A DNA stretch of 64,000 bases, from contig JABCOK020000008.1 of the NCBI GenBank assembly GCA_013333645.2, forward strand, positions 1,741 to 65,740. Direction: 5' to 3'. The position numbers and the translations under genes are program-made. The DNA is from Candidatus Saccharimonadota bacterium (lineage in GTDB: Bacteria; Patescibacteriota; Saccharimonadia; Saccharimonadales; Saccharimonadaceae). Positions 1-9,225 of this stretch are shown here, piece by piece (the stretch's first letter is position 1; each line of letters begins with the position of its first letter). The notes below the pieces were generated by a model that was not told the origin of the DNA, did not search any database, and saw nothing but the letters and a program-made list of their open reading frames with translations.

Positions 1-2
1 GT

Positions 3-332
3 GCTAAGGTGAACCAAGCGCTCGAGGCGGTCGGCCTGGCCAGCAAAAAGCACAACAAGGCTAAGGATCTGTCCGGCGGGCAGAAGCAGCGCCTGGCGAT
101 TGCCCGAGCAATCGTGGGCGAGCCGAAGATCCTATTTGCTGATGAGCCAACTGGCAACCTGGATAGCGAGACGGGTACCCAGATCGAGGAGCTGCTCTTT
201 CGCCAGCAGCGCGAGCACGGCACAACGCTGATTATTGTGACGCACGATGCGGATCTGGCTAAGCAATGTGACTACCAAGTGGTGATCAAAGACGGGCGTG
301 TCACACGCCATAACATCCCAGGGGGACACTGA
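3..332 (+). CDS. ABC transporter ATP-binding protein, C-terminal part (5' end outside window)
   Basis: ABC signature LSGGQKQR, Walker B ILFADEPTGNLD, H-loop VTHD; MacB/LolD-like; frame open to window edge. Confidence 0.85.
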   Translation, partial: AKVNQALEAVGLASKKHNKAKDLSGGQKQRLAIARAIVGEPKILFADEPTGNLDSETGTQIEELLFRQQREHGTTLIIVTHDADLAKQCDYQVVIKDGRVTRHNIPGGH

Positions 333-661
333 TGAATGCAACTGACTATGCCGAGGCGCTGACGACACAGCTGCGCAAAGGCTTCTTATCGTACTGCGTG
401 CTGGTGGTGTGTGCCAAGGAGCCACGCTACACCAGCGAGATCATCCAGCAGCTCCGTCAGGCTGACCTGATGGTGGTGGAGGGGACGATCTACCCATTAC
501 TGAGTCGCTTGCAAAAGGACGGGCTCTTGCAACACGAATGGAAAGAAAGTGAGCAAGGGCCACCGCGCAAATATTACACGGCCACACCATTTGGCGCAGA
601 GGTAACCAAGCAGCTCAAACACAATATTGCGGCACTAAGTAGTACAATAGAGAAGTTGTAA
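332..661 (+). CDS. PadR-family transcriptional regulator
   Basis: PadR winged-helix pattern (YTSEIIQQL..GTIYPLLSRLQKDGLL..RKYY); ATG overlaps upstream stop (TGATG). Confidence 0.85.
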   Translation: MNATDYAEALTTQLRKGFLSYCVLVVCAKEPRYTSEIIQQLRQADLMVVEGTIYPLLSRLQKDGLLQHEWKESEQGPPRKYYTATPFGAEVTKQLKHNIAALSSTIEKL

Positions 662-673
662 GGAGGACATGTC

Positions 674-1960
674 ATGAAGGAAATTACCAATATCCACCTC
701 GCCAAGACACCGTTTCGTGTTGAGGTCGAGGCGAAGCACGCGCTGGGAGCGTATCTGACGTCGATTCAGCAGCGGATGCATGCCGAGCCAGAAGCAATGC
801 GTGAGATCGAAGCGCGGATGGTCGAGCTGCTGGCCGAGCGCGGTGTGACGCGCGATGGTGTGGTGACTGCTGAGGATGTTACAGCGCTGCGCGGTCAGAT
901 GGGTGAACCTCGGGAGTTTGCCAGTGAAGCCGAGGCGGGAGACGACGATGCTGCGCTGCGAGATGCGGCTGAGGCGGCTCTCGCGGACGGGGCACCCAAG
1001 CAGCTGATGCGCGATACAGATCATGCGTTGATCGGTGGGGTGTGTGCTGGGGTAGCGGCATACTTTGGAATTAGCCCACTGTGGATTCGTCTCCTGGCAA
1101 TCGTCTCACCTTTTATGACGTTTGGGACGGCGCTGCTCATCTATATCGTGATGTGGCTTTCTATTCCACCAGCAGTGACGGCGTCGGATAAGCTGCGTAT
1201 GGCCGGTAAGCCAGTGACGTTTGATAGCTTAAAAAAAGCCGCTGCCGAGCCTGCCGGTGGTAGCCAAGCAGCTCAGACTGCGGCGAAGGTGCTGCGCATT
1301 ATGATTGGCTGTGGCGTCTTGCTGATGGCGCTGGGCGCACTTGTCGCGCTGATGGTCGGTGGCGTAATGAGCGCGACTATGGTCTCAAGCATGGGCGACT
1401 TTGCTGCGCAGAGCTGGCTGTGGTTGGCGTATGGTTGTGCAGTGCTCGGCGGCGTCGCTCTGACTGCTTTGCTCTCACTTGGCGCATGGAGTATCTTTGC
1501 CTGGCGGCTGAAGCGGCCGGTTGGCATTGTGATGCTAGCGATGCTCCTCGTTGGGGCGGTTGCTATCTCTGGCCTAGCGGTTGGTGGCATGAATGCGGGG
1601 ATGAGCTTAGAGCGCCAAATGCGCGACGTGCAGCGCACCAAGGTGGTTGACGTCGCCGATGCCACTACGGTGCGCGTCGATGGCACTGCCAGGGTGAGTT
1701 ATGGCGGCTATGCTGAAAAGCCGCGTGTTGAGATAGATTACCTGCAGATGAAAGGTGTCAAAGAACCAACAGCGACGATTACCAAGGAAGGCAGCCGGGC
1801 TATTGTGACCGTACAGCATGATGCCTGCCGTGATCGCCATGGTCTCTTCTCGACGTGTACCTACTCACCCAAGGATTATGTGAGTGTCCGTGTCTATGGG
1901 CCATCACCACAGATGATGGAGGTGGACCATCGCCCTGATGTGGTGACCGATCGGTCGTAG
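674..1960 (+). CDS. PspC-domain membrane protein
   Basis: PspC motif LIGGVCAGVAAYFGISPLWIRL followed by several TM helices; AGGAGG upstream; typical PadR-PspC pairing. Confidence 0.8.
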   Translation: MKEITNIHLAKTPFRVEVEAKHALGAYLTSIQQRMHAEPEAMREIEARMVELLAERGVTRDGVVTAEDVTALRGQMGEPREFASEAEAGDDDAALRDAAEAALADGAPKQLMRDTDHALIGGVCAGVAAYFGISPLWIRLLAIVSPFMTFGTALLIYIVMWLSIPPAVTASDKLRMAGKPVTFDSLKKAAAEPAGGSQAAQTAAKVLRIMIGCGVLLMALGALVALMVGGVMSATMVSSMGDFAAQSWLWLAYGCAVLGGVALTALLSLGAWSIFAWRLKRPVGIVMLAMLLVGAVAISGLAVGGMNAGMSLERQMRDVQRTKVVDVADATTVRVDGTARVSYGGYAEKPRVEIDYLQMKGVKEPTATITKEGSRAIVTVQHDACRDRHGLFSTCTYSPKDYVSVRVYGPSPQMMEVDHRPDVVTDRS

Positions 1961-1987
1961 GCCAAGGGTAGCTAGTGTCAATGTCAA

Positions 1988-2013
1988 AGACCCGCTTGCA
2001 TGGCGGGTTTTTG
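1988..2013 (+). terminator. Rho-independent terminator after PspC gene
   Basis: Stem ACCCGC/GCGGGT with 7-nt loop followed by TTTTT. Confidence 0.6.
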
Positions 2014-2102
2014 CATTTTTGCTTGCGGGGAGGCGGAGCGTGAGAGATGGGCCGCGTCTTGGTTGGTATGGCGATTTATCTCACCTTTGCTATACTAGAG
2101 AT

Positions 2103-3113
2103 ATGAGTCAGTCGTCGTCTCCCCAGGTTTTGAGTCCATCGGCGCTTGCGATGGTAGCGCAGCGCTGTAAGGTGGCGCGTGATCAGGTGCGGGTGGTGCC
2201 GATTGAGGGCGCGTCAACCGGGTGTCGACGAGCTGTTGCACTGGCTGGAGCGCAGTGGGTGTTTGTCAAAGAAGCTGATCCAGAAGCTTCGAACCACGCT
2301 GCACTAGCAGCGGCTCTGAGCAAAGATGATGCGGTGATTCGGGCGCTGCAGCAGGCAGGTTCGTCTCTAGTGACGGAGTTTGTTCAGTATGATGATGAGC
2401 GGGTGATTATGCTTAGCCAAGCGTATATTGCTAAGGATGGCTGGCAGTGGCAGCCACCTGATGCGGCGGATAAGCTGGCTAGTCAGCGCTATATAGCGGC
2501 GGTGCTGCGGGCGATTGCTCAGCTTGAGCAGACTGAGCTGCCTGCGGCAGCAGCTGAGACGCTTACACTGCATGCCACGGCGTTTGACCGGGTCGTGCAG
2601 TGTCAGGGGCTTCGGCTACTTTGCGATGATGCGACGCGGCGTGAGGAGCTCCAGCAGACGTACCGCTCCTGGGCTGAGCAAGCCAGTAAGCCAGTCATTT
2701 GTCGGCGCTACGAGCAGTTTTGCGCTGTGCTTGATAATACCGAGCGCTTGGCTGATCTTGCCATGCTAGCTCAGCAGGTGGCTAACCAGCCGTGCGATCG
2801 GTTGAGCCACGGTGATGTGCGGAGTGAGACGATTGCCTACCATGCCGCCCAGGATGAAGTGAAGCTGATTGATTGGCAGTGGGCAGCCTATGTGCCAAGG
2901 CGGTGGAGCGCAACCGAGTTCTTGCTCGATATGGCGCGCCGCGGCTACGATGTGCAGGCCTGGCAGGCTGAGCTGAATCGGCCGCTGCTTGCTGGCCTAG
3001 TGGGGTATTACGCTGTGTGTAGCGCTCAGCCTGCTCCTGAAGCAGCTCAGGCAGTGCGGCGGCTCCAGGCCTATATGGCAGCTACGGCGTATGATATGCT
3101 TACGCAAGCATAG
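2103..3113 (+). CDS. Phosphotransferase-family (APH/choline-kinase-like) protein
   Basis: Kinase catalytic-loop-like LSHGDVRSETI and KLIDWQWA motif; TATACT at 2091-2096 is 6 nt before ATG 2103, so the upstream extension from 2019 is unlikely. Confidence 0.6.
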   Translation: MSQSSSPQVLSPSALAMVAQRCKVARDQVRVVPIEGASTGCRRAVALAGAQWVFVKEADPEASNHAALAAALSKDDAVIRALQQAGSSLVTEFVQYDDERVIMLSQAYIAKDGWQWQPPDAADKLASQRYIAAVLRAIAQLEQTELPAAAAETLTLHATAFDRVVQCQGLRLLCDDATRREELQQTYRSWAEQASKPVICRRYEQFCAVLDNTERLADLAMLAQQVANQPCDRLSHGDVRSETIAYHAAQDEVKLIDWQWAAYVPRRWSATEFLLDMARRGYDVQAWQAELNRPLLAGLVGYYAVCSAQPAPEAAQAVRRLQAYMAATAYDMLTQA

Positions 3114-3893
3114 CCGCTGCATGTGTAATAGGTGGCATCTGTGGAAGACAGTTCTAGTGCACTATCTATTGTGGCAAAAATGTCCGCAGTGCTGGGTGGT
3201 GGTGTTGCTGTAGCACGGTTGGCTAATTAGAGAACCTTCCCAAGGAACAAAGTAAATATACTCATATGAATATTGTGTAGATTGGTTGACTGTTTTATAA
3301 TAATAACCATTATGAGCGAAAGACCACAATTCACAAATGAACCGTAATCTCCTGATGTGTCGGGAAGAAATCATGAGCCTTCAGCTCCAAAACATGAACG
3401 TATAAATCTATTCAAAAGGCCGATAGAAATGTTGAAGAAACTGGGTAATGCAGCACTCGGGGGTGGTGCTAATTCGAAAAAAGGCAAGTACAGCCACTTG
3501 CGAGCTCGTATTATTATCAAACCTATGTCCACTACCCCAGATTCAATTACTGAACTGAAGGTTGCCTACAGAGAGGAGCAAGAAAAAGAGAAAGAAGCTC
3601 GTTATCTAGGAAAGGGAGTAGAGGAGTCTGTATAAATTCAGCTGGTAACTCCTGACACTGTACTTCTTAGACAATCTTATGCCGCTTCCTTACATGATTC
3701 TACAGCAAGAGTAATACTTTTTCGTTTACTCTCATTGGTCTGGTAGAGAGGTATAGCTAAACAAGAGGTAGTGATATGCAGTCTCCATAAGTAAGTCGTA
3801 TGAGATGATTTATAAAGCACGCGAGAAAGACTGAAGAACGTTACAAAAGACATGAAATGCCACAAATCTTCAGTAAGAGAAATAAGATAGTTG

Positions 3894-4469
3894 TTACTCC
3901 GCCCAACTCAGCTCCTCCCAATCAGCCCTTACCAGTGTATACACTCTCCATTTCACTGCCTCGCCCGCAACTTCACCTTGCTCGATTCCCGCGTACCGGT
4001 AGCCAAGCCTCTCGAGCGCACTCCAGCTGCGGATATTTTGCACGTATGCCTTTGCCTCAATTATTGCAAATCCACCCTCAGAAAACGCCCAATTGCAGAC
4101 TGCTTGCTTGGCATAACTCCCAAGGCCTTGACCCCAGTTTTTCGGATCGCCAATCAGCGTACAAAATGCCCCCGCTGTGACGCCGTATTTGTGGCTAAGT
4201 TTTCTTATCTCGTTAAGCTCAATATTGCCAACGATTTCGCCATCACGCTCAATCATCCAGCTATACCGATCGTCATCATCAAGCATATTCTGGAGATGTG
4301 CTACTTCGTCTTCCTCAGTCATCTGCGAAAAGTCCGCACCCAAGTACTGTGTCACCTCTGGCCGGCGAATCCACGCCATGGTAATCGGCGCATAAGCTGG
4401 GCTTGGCGCTACCAAGCGCAGCGTCTGGGTTTGGCTAGGGGATGGTATGGTGATGGTGCGGGTGTACAT
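3894..4469 (-). CDS. GNAT-family N-acetyltransferase (RimJ/RimL-like)
   Basis: GNAT core WGQGLGSYAKQAVCNWAF...IEAKAYVQNIRSWSALERLGYRYAG. Confidence 0.8.
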   Translation of the reverse strand: MYTRTITIPSPSQTQTLRLVAPSPAYAPITMAWIRRPEVTQYLGADFSQMTEEDEVAHLQNMLDDDDRYSWMIERDGEIVGNIELNEIRKLSHKYGVTAGAFCTLIGDPKNWGQGLGSYAKQAVCNWAFSEGGFAIIEAKAYVQNIRSWSALERLGYRYAGIEQGEVAGEAVKWRVYTLVRADWEELSWAE

Positions 4470-4595
4470 ACTAGTAATATCTTATCACCTATCGATGATA
4501 GTAAGGTTGAAAGATGACTGCATGAAGGCAAGCTCACTCTTATACATTATTCATCTTGCGGTAGTAGACATATAATACCAGTTTTCCGCATCATG

Positions 4596-5828
4596 CTATT
4601 TCGAGTGCAAGGCTACCTTGAGGGTGTGTTTCTTACCAATACGCAAAATGTCACCGTTAGCAAGTGGTGTATCTTCGCTGGAAATTTTGGAGTCATTGAT
4701 CTTCACGGCATTTTGCTTGATGAGCCGTCTGGCCTCGCCGCGACTTTTTGTGATGCCCAGTCGAACAATGATATCGATAATTGACTCATGGGCATCTACC
4801 TGAATGATGTCAATATCCTTGGCAAGATTCTTCTGACTCACCTCAGAGACCCATTGCCGCTCGGCATCAACGGCGGCGCTCGCTCCGTGGTACATTGACA
4901 CTATCTCTCGAGCAAGGTCCTTTTTGATATCGCGTGGGTTTTCTCCGTCGTTGAGCCGATTTTTAATTACAGCAATCTCACTCATAGGCAGGCGCGTACA
5001 ATCCACAAAACACTGGTAAATACCCGCATCCGCCAGCTGCATGATTTTAAAGAACATATCTTTGGCATTCAGATCGAGACCCACACCGGTGCCAAGGCTT
5101 TTGCTCATTAATTTTTCGCCAGTTTCTGGGTTTTCGAGCAGTGTGGTTGTCATGACAAACTTTTCTTTTTGCTTGTAGCGCTTGAGCAATGTACGGCCAG
5201 CCAGCATATTGAATGTTTGGTCGGTGCCACCAATCTCTACATCAACATCCATTGCCACAGAATCGTAGCCCTGCATCAGCGGATAGAAGAACTCATGGAC
5301 GAAGAGTGGCTTCTCGGCAGCGACTCGCTTTTTGAATGCATCGCGCTCTAGCATCTGCTGCACGGTAAAGTTGGAGGCAAGCTCCACAGAATCTTCAAAT
5401 GTTAGCTTGGAGAGCCACTCCGAATTGAACTGGAATTCTATCGGGTTGTCGATATCGCTAAAGTCTAGAATCTTGCCAATTTGTGCCTTAAATGTCTGCA
5501 GGTTCTCCAGCACTTGTTCGCGTGTTAGCTGCACACGCATCGAAGTTTTATCGCTCGGATCACCGATCATGGCGGTAAAGTCGCCAATTAGCACAATAAT
5601 CCGGTGGCCAAGAGCGTGGAATCGTTCGAGCATCAGATAATTTGTTGAATGCCCAAGATGAACGTAGTTCGCAGTTGGGTCAATACCAAGATAGAATGTG
5701 AGGCGGCGGCCACTTTGTAGCTCCTTTTTGAGACTATCTTTACTCGGAAGAATTTCGGCAACTGAGCGAGATAGCGCCTCATCGATCAAGTGTTCGTTGG
5801 TAATAACGTGGTGCGCTTGAGTATTCAT
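4596..5828 (-). CDS. tyrS: Tyrosyl-tRNA synthetase
   Basis: Class I HIGH motif (HLGH), KMSKS motif (KLMSKS), C-terminal S4-like domain (RRLIKQNAVKIN). Confidence 0.93.
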   Translation of the reverse strand: MNTQAHHVITNEHLIDEALSRSVAEILPSKDSLKKELQSGRRLTFYLGIDPTANYVHLGHSTNYLMLERFHALGHRIIVLIGDFTAMIGDPSDKTSMRVQLTREQVLENLQTFKAQIGKILDFSDIDNPIEFQFNSEWLSKLTFEDSVELASNFTVQQMLERDAFKKRVAAEKPLFVHEFFYPLMQGYDSVAMDVDVEIGGTDQTFNMLAGRTLLKRYKQKEKFVMTTTLLENPETGEKLMSKSLGTGVGLDLNAKDMFFKIMQLADAGIYQCFVDCTRLPMSEIAVIKNRLNDGENPRDIKKDLAREIVSMYHGASAAVDAERQWVSEVSQKNLAKDIDIIQVDAHESIIDIIVRLGITKSRGEARRLIKQNAVKINDSKISSEDTPLANGDILRIGKKHTLKVALHSK

Positions 5829-6052
5829 GTATAGTATTTTACTACATACGAGAAGAGATAAAAAACTGAAAGGTGCCTTGAGATCACTTGTTATGTGCCG
5901 CTGGAGCCCTATGATTTACGGTGTATCATAACGTGAAAGGGAACTGTGAGTGTGCAAATGTCTTGTTTATACATAGATGTATGACACCGCTTATACTACT
6001 TATGCTACGGTTGATGGTAGTGCTGGATCTGAGAATGTACTACAATAATACT

Positions 6053-6592
6053 ATGAATCAAGAATGGAACGTTATAAGTCAAAAGAAGTTAGTCGACTCA
6101 CCGTGGTACAAGCTAAATATTGAAACCGTCAGGCTCCCGTCGGGCAAAGTCCTCGATGATTATTACGTGCGAGAGGGTATGAACGCCGTTTTGATCGTTC
6201 CACGCACTCATGAAGGCAAATTTTTACTGGTGCGGCAGTATAAACACGGAGCGCAGCAAAGTGTTATAGAATTTCCTGCGGGTAAGATCGATGCGGGTGA
6301 ATCTGCTTTAATTGCTGCAAAAAGGGAATTATATGAAGAGACTGGAGGCACCTCCAGTTTTTTTGTAGAGGGACCTACATTTTTTGAGGACCCTACGAAT
6401 AGCCGTGTCAAGATAGCGATCGTCTTTGCTGATAATGTCACTATAAAGCATAGGCAACATCTTGACGATAATGAGGATATTGAAGTAATACAGCTAACAA
6501 CTGATGAGCTACGAACTATGCTCATGAACAATGAGCTATCTGTGGCAGCATCCGTAGCAGCAGGTTGGATGGCCTTAGAAAGGAGACAATAA
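6053..6592 (+). CDS. Nudix hydrolase (ADP-ribose pyrophosphatase-like)
   Basis: Canonical Nudix box GKIDAGESALIAAKRELYEETGG; TACAAT 6 nt before ATG 6053. Confidence 0.85.
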   Translation: MNQEWNVISQKKLVDSPWYKLNIETVRLPSGKVLDDYYVREGMNAVLIVPRTHEGKFLLVRQYKHGAQQSVIEFPAGKIDAGESALIAAKRELYEETGGTSSFFVEGPTFFEDPTNSRVKIAIVFADNVTIKHRQHLDDNEDIEVIQLTTDELRTMLMNNELSVAASVAAGWMALERRQ

Positions 6593-6802
6593 CATGAAGA
6601 AATATAAAGTCTGGGACAGTAAACCAGGTATTGAAAAAAGCAAACTGATGGTTGAGGTGATTGATAAGGAATAAGGAGTGAGGTAGAGACTGTCCGTCAT
6701 GTAGCATCTAGACTGATATAACTCATAAAAGGGAAAATCAGAGGTTCTATATTCGTGCTAGAATAGTCACAGAGCAGAAAGTAGGGGGTGAGGGTAGAAA
6801 AT

Positions 6803-7558
6803 ATGCGCAAAAAGAAACTAAGTGACAACGGCACACTAAGCTTTCGCACTATCATCTTCCGTGGCATCCTCTATGTCATCATTATTCCAACAACCATTAT
6901 GCTTCTCCTCGTTGGTGGTTTTTATCTTAAGTTAGATGTCGAGGCTGGCCAAGCTCAAGCGACAATGAAGACGTACTTACGTAACAAGTATAAAGAAGAA
7001 TTCGTTGTCGAGAAACCAATACGAAACGGAAGTGGGTTCGCGGTGCAGGGGTGGTTTGAGGCGGTAGCTTATCCTGTAGCGAACAAAAAACTTCTCTTTA
7101 AGGTGATGATGTCACTTTCAGACTCATGGGATGATTATGTAGATACACTATGGGGCATGCAAGAAATGGCAAGAATAAAACCGATGGTCGATAGAATAAT
7201 GGCTGGATCGTACGCGTCTACTGTGGATATAGCAACGGGCGAAATTGGCAATGCTGTTACAGACACTAAGGCTTTGCCGTTATTTCAAGAGGTAGCACAT
7301 AAGCATAGCCAAAGTATACTCTATAAGCTAGAAGTAACTGCGCAAAACGATGCTCCTTCGTTGGTGCACTATGAGCGAGTCAAGCAGTTGTTGCAGGTTA
7401 TTAAGGATATTCCTGCTGAGACTAAACTGATATACCGATGGTACGAAAATGGTACCAAACACGTCATAGTGCTCTTAGAAGATGAAATAGCAAAAATACT
7501 TCACGAAAACCAAGATATTCGTATATATGATAAAGAAATAGTTAAGGAGAAAAAATGA
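6803..7558 (+). CDS. Membrane-anchored hypothetical protein, paralog A
   Basis: N-terminal TM anchor; first ~70 aa similar to 7818..8576; GAGGG SD 9 nt upstream. Confidence 0.7.
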   Translation: MRKKKLSDNGTLSFRTIIFRGILYVIIIPTTIMLLLVGGFYLKLDVEAGQAQATMKTYLRNKYKEEFVVEKPIRNGSGFAVQGWFEAVAYPVANKKLLFKVMMSLSDSWDDYVDTLWGMQEMARIKPMVDRIMAGSYASTVDIATGEIGNAVTDTKALPLFQEVAHKHSQSILYKLEVTAQNDAPSLVHYERVKQLLQVIKDIPAETKLIYRWYENGTKHVIVLLEDEIAKILHENQDIRIYDKEIVKEKK

Positions 7559-7773
7559 ATTTGAAAACTGAACAGTATCTTGCCTTGTCATCGCTTGCTT
7601 ATCAAGTAATACCAAATAGTTTGTTAGATGATGCGTCAAAACAAACTCTTGAAGAGATTGTCTCTCACTTGACCGCAAGAACTGACTTGCTTGAACTTAA
7701 ATCTCCTCTCCTCATGGCGCTTCATCAATTAAACAACTTTCAGAAGAGGAACAACCTGGAAGTTTTATATTAA
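7555..7773 (+). pseudogene. Truncated 5' fragment of a lipase-like gene (72 codons)
   Basis: ATGA overlap with paralog A. N-terminus NLKTEQYLALSSLAY parallels the degenerate EQHLA*AHYLNSTSLSSFAF upstream of the GHSLGG-containing fragment at 8594..9088. No catalytic region. Confidence 0.4.
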
Positions 7774-7817
7774 TGTAAGAATAGTCACAGAGTAGAAAGT
7801 GGAGGAGGGTAGAAAAT

Positions 7818-8576
7818 ATGTCCAATAAAAAACCAAACGATAACAGCAAACTAAGCTTCCGTACCATCCTCTTCCGTAGTGTTCTCTATGTGATTATCAT
7901 TCCGACAGGTATCATGTTGGTAATATTTGGTATATTCTACACAAAATCTACTATTGATGATCATATTGCTCAATCACATATGCGGTCATACCTCAAACGT
8001 AAGTATGGTCAAGAATTTGTAGTAGAGAATTATCGAATCGAGGGAGCTGGCCTTGGAGTCGATGGTGTTGCTAAGGCTGAGGCGTATGCTAAAAGTGACC
8101 ACACGATTCGATTTATGGTGAAGGGTTTTCCGGGGGACAGTCCATACAGTAATAACTATTGGGATGGATACCCCGATATGATATGGGCAAAACACCTCAA
8201 AAAGGGTATTGATCCTATGATAAAAAACGTATTTGGTGCTGACACATCGCTCGCATCGATAGAAGTCTACAGTATACCTGCAGTGAACCAAAGGATAGGA
8301 AAAGAAATACCATTGTATCGTGATGCCTTCCAGCGATTTGGTAAAGATATACATGTCGCTGTACGTATAAAGAATAGGGTTGTCCATAATGATGTAGCCG
8401 CACAGATATACCAGATAATCGTCAAGCTGCGAGAGCTTGGTGTGTCGCTATCTATTAATTATGAGAACCCCACGGTATATGTTGCATTAGTCGAAGAAAC
8501 AAGTATACGCGGTATACACTCACCGCAGGATGTGGGGAAATATATCGAAATGAAGGAGAAAAAGCTAAGAAAATAG
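7818..8576 (+). CDS. Membrane-anchored hypothetical protein, paralog B
   Basis: Same leader, N-terminus and TM anchor as 6803..7558; C-terminal two thirds diverged. Confidence 0.7.
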   Translation: MSNKKPNDNSKLSFRTILFRSVLYVIIIPTGIMLVIFGIFYTKSTIDDHIAQSHMRSYLKRKYGQEFVVENYRIEGAGLGVDGVAKAEAYAKSDHTIRFMVKGFPGDSPYSNNYWDGYPDMIWAKHLKKGIDPMIKNVFGADTSLASIEVYSIPAVNQRIGKEIPLYRDAFQRFGKDIHVAVRIKNRVVHNDVAAQIYQIIVKLRELGVSLSINYENPTVYVALVEETSIRGIHSPQDVGKYIEMKEKKLRK

Positions 8577-8593
8577 AACAGCACTTGGCTTAA

Positions 8594-9088
8594 GCGCATT
8601 ATCTTAATAGTACATCCCTAAGTAGTTTTGCCTTTAGTCGCGAGAAGCCATCTATTGAGGCGCTCATAAAACAGGGAAAAATTGACAATTATCGCCACGG
8701 CAATGGATCTATTTCTCCTGAACTCAAGCTCTTCTCCTGCCTCGCATCCTGGCACCTCATTAACGCCACAACCACTTCATCTGGTATGTCGGCTATTGCT
8801 GTGCAAGATCCAGCCACCAAAGACATTGTCTTTGCCTACCGCGGGACAGATATTGATAAAAATATCTGGGAAGCGATGAAAGATATTGAGTCGGATCTTG
8901 CGATTGCATCGAGTGGGAATGTTTTTGTACAGGATGGGCTGAACCAATTCCACGACGCCTACACCTTCTATACCGAGACGTTCAAGAAAGTTGGTGGTGG
9001 TGCTCATGTAGGCACCAAGAGCTTCACTGGCCATTCACTCGGTGGTGGACTAGATGGTTTGGGCCACTTTCTCAATATTAGTGCTTAG
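8594..9088 (+). pseudogene. Class-3-lipase-like alpha/beta hydrolase remnant (no start, truncated after nucleophile elbow)
   Basis: Frame open from the TAA at 8591-8593. Contains AFRGTD and GHSLGG (9029-9046) but stops 14 codons later, so the Asp/His part of the triad is absent. First ATG only at 8786. Confidence 0.6.
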
Positions 9089-9225
9089 GCAAAATACTAG
9101 CTTTCATAACTTCCTAGAGGAAGAATAAGACAGCGAGAAATAATAAATGGGCCGATACGAGCACATCACCTTCTGCAGGGGTCTCTTTAAGCTAGCTTTC
9201 ATCTCTCTCCTGCACAATACCACAC

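Larger units (their letters stand above)
6759..8668 (+). repeat. Two-unit tandem duplication (upstream leader + membrane-anchored gene + 5' part of lipase-like gene)
   Basis: About 45-nt leaders at 6759-6805 and 7777-7820 are near-identical (AGAATAGTCACAGAG.AGAAAGT.G.GG.GAGGGTAGAAAATATG). Encoded N-termini are similar (LSFRTI.FR..LYVIIIPT.IML). Both units are followed by an EQ(Y/H)LA... lipase N-terminal remnant. Confidence 0.75.

Noticed and set aside
5921-6052. N-terminal extensions given by the ORF track for several genes. Examples: 5921 for the Nudix gene, 2019 for the kinase-like gene, 13810 for the histidine kinase, 54924 for the orphan, 41013 for the 245-aa ORF, and 22858, 27632, 38605 and 42361 on the minus strand.
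   Set aside because: The extensions overlap upstream genes or promoters, have odd composition, and ignore internal ATGs that sit at the consistent -10 or SD distance.
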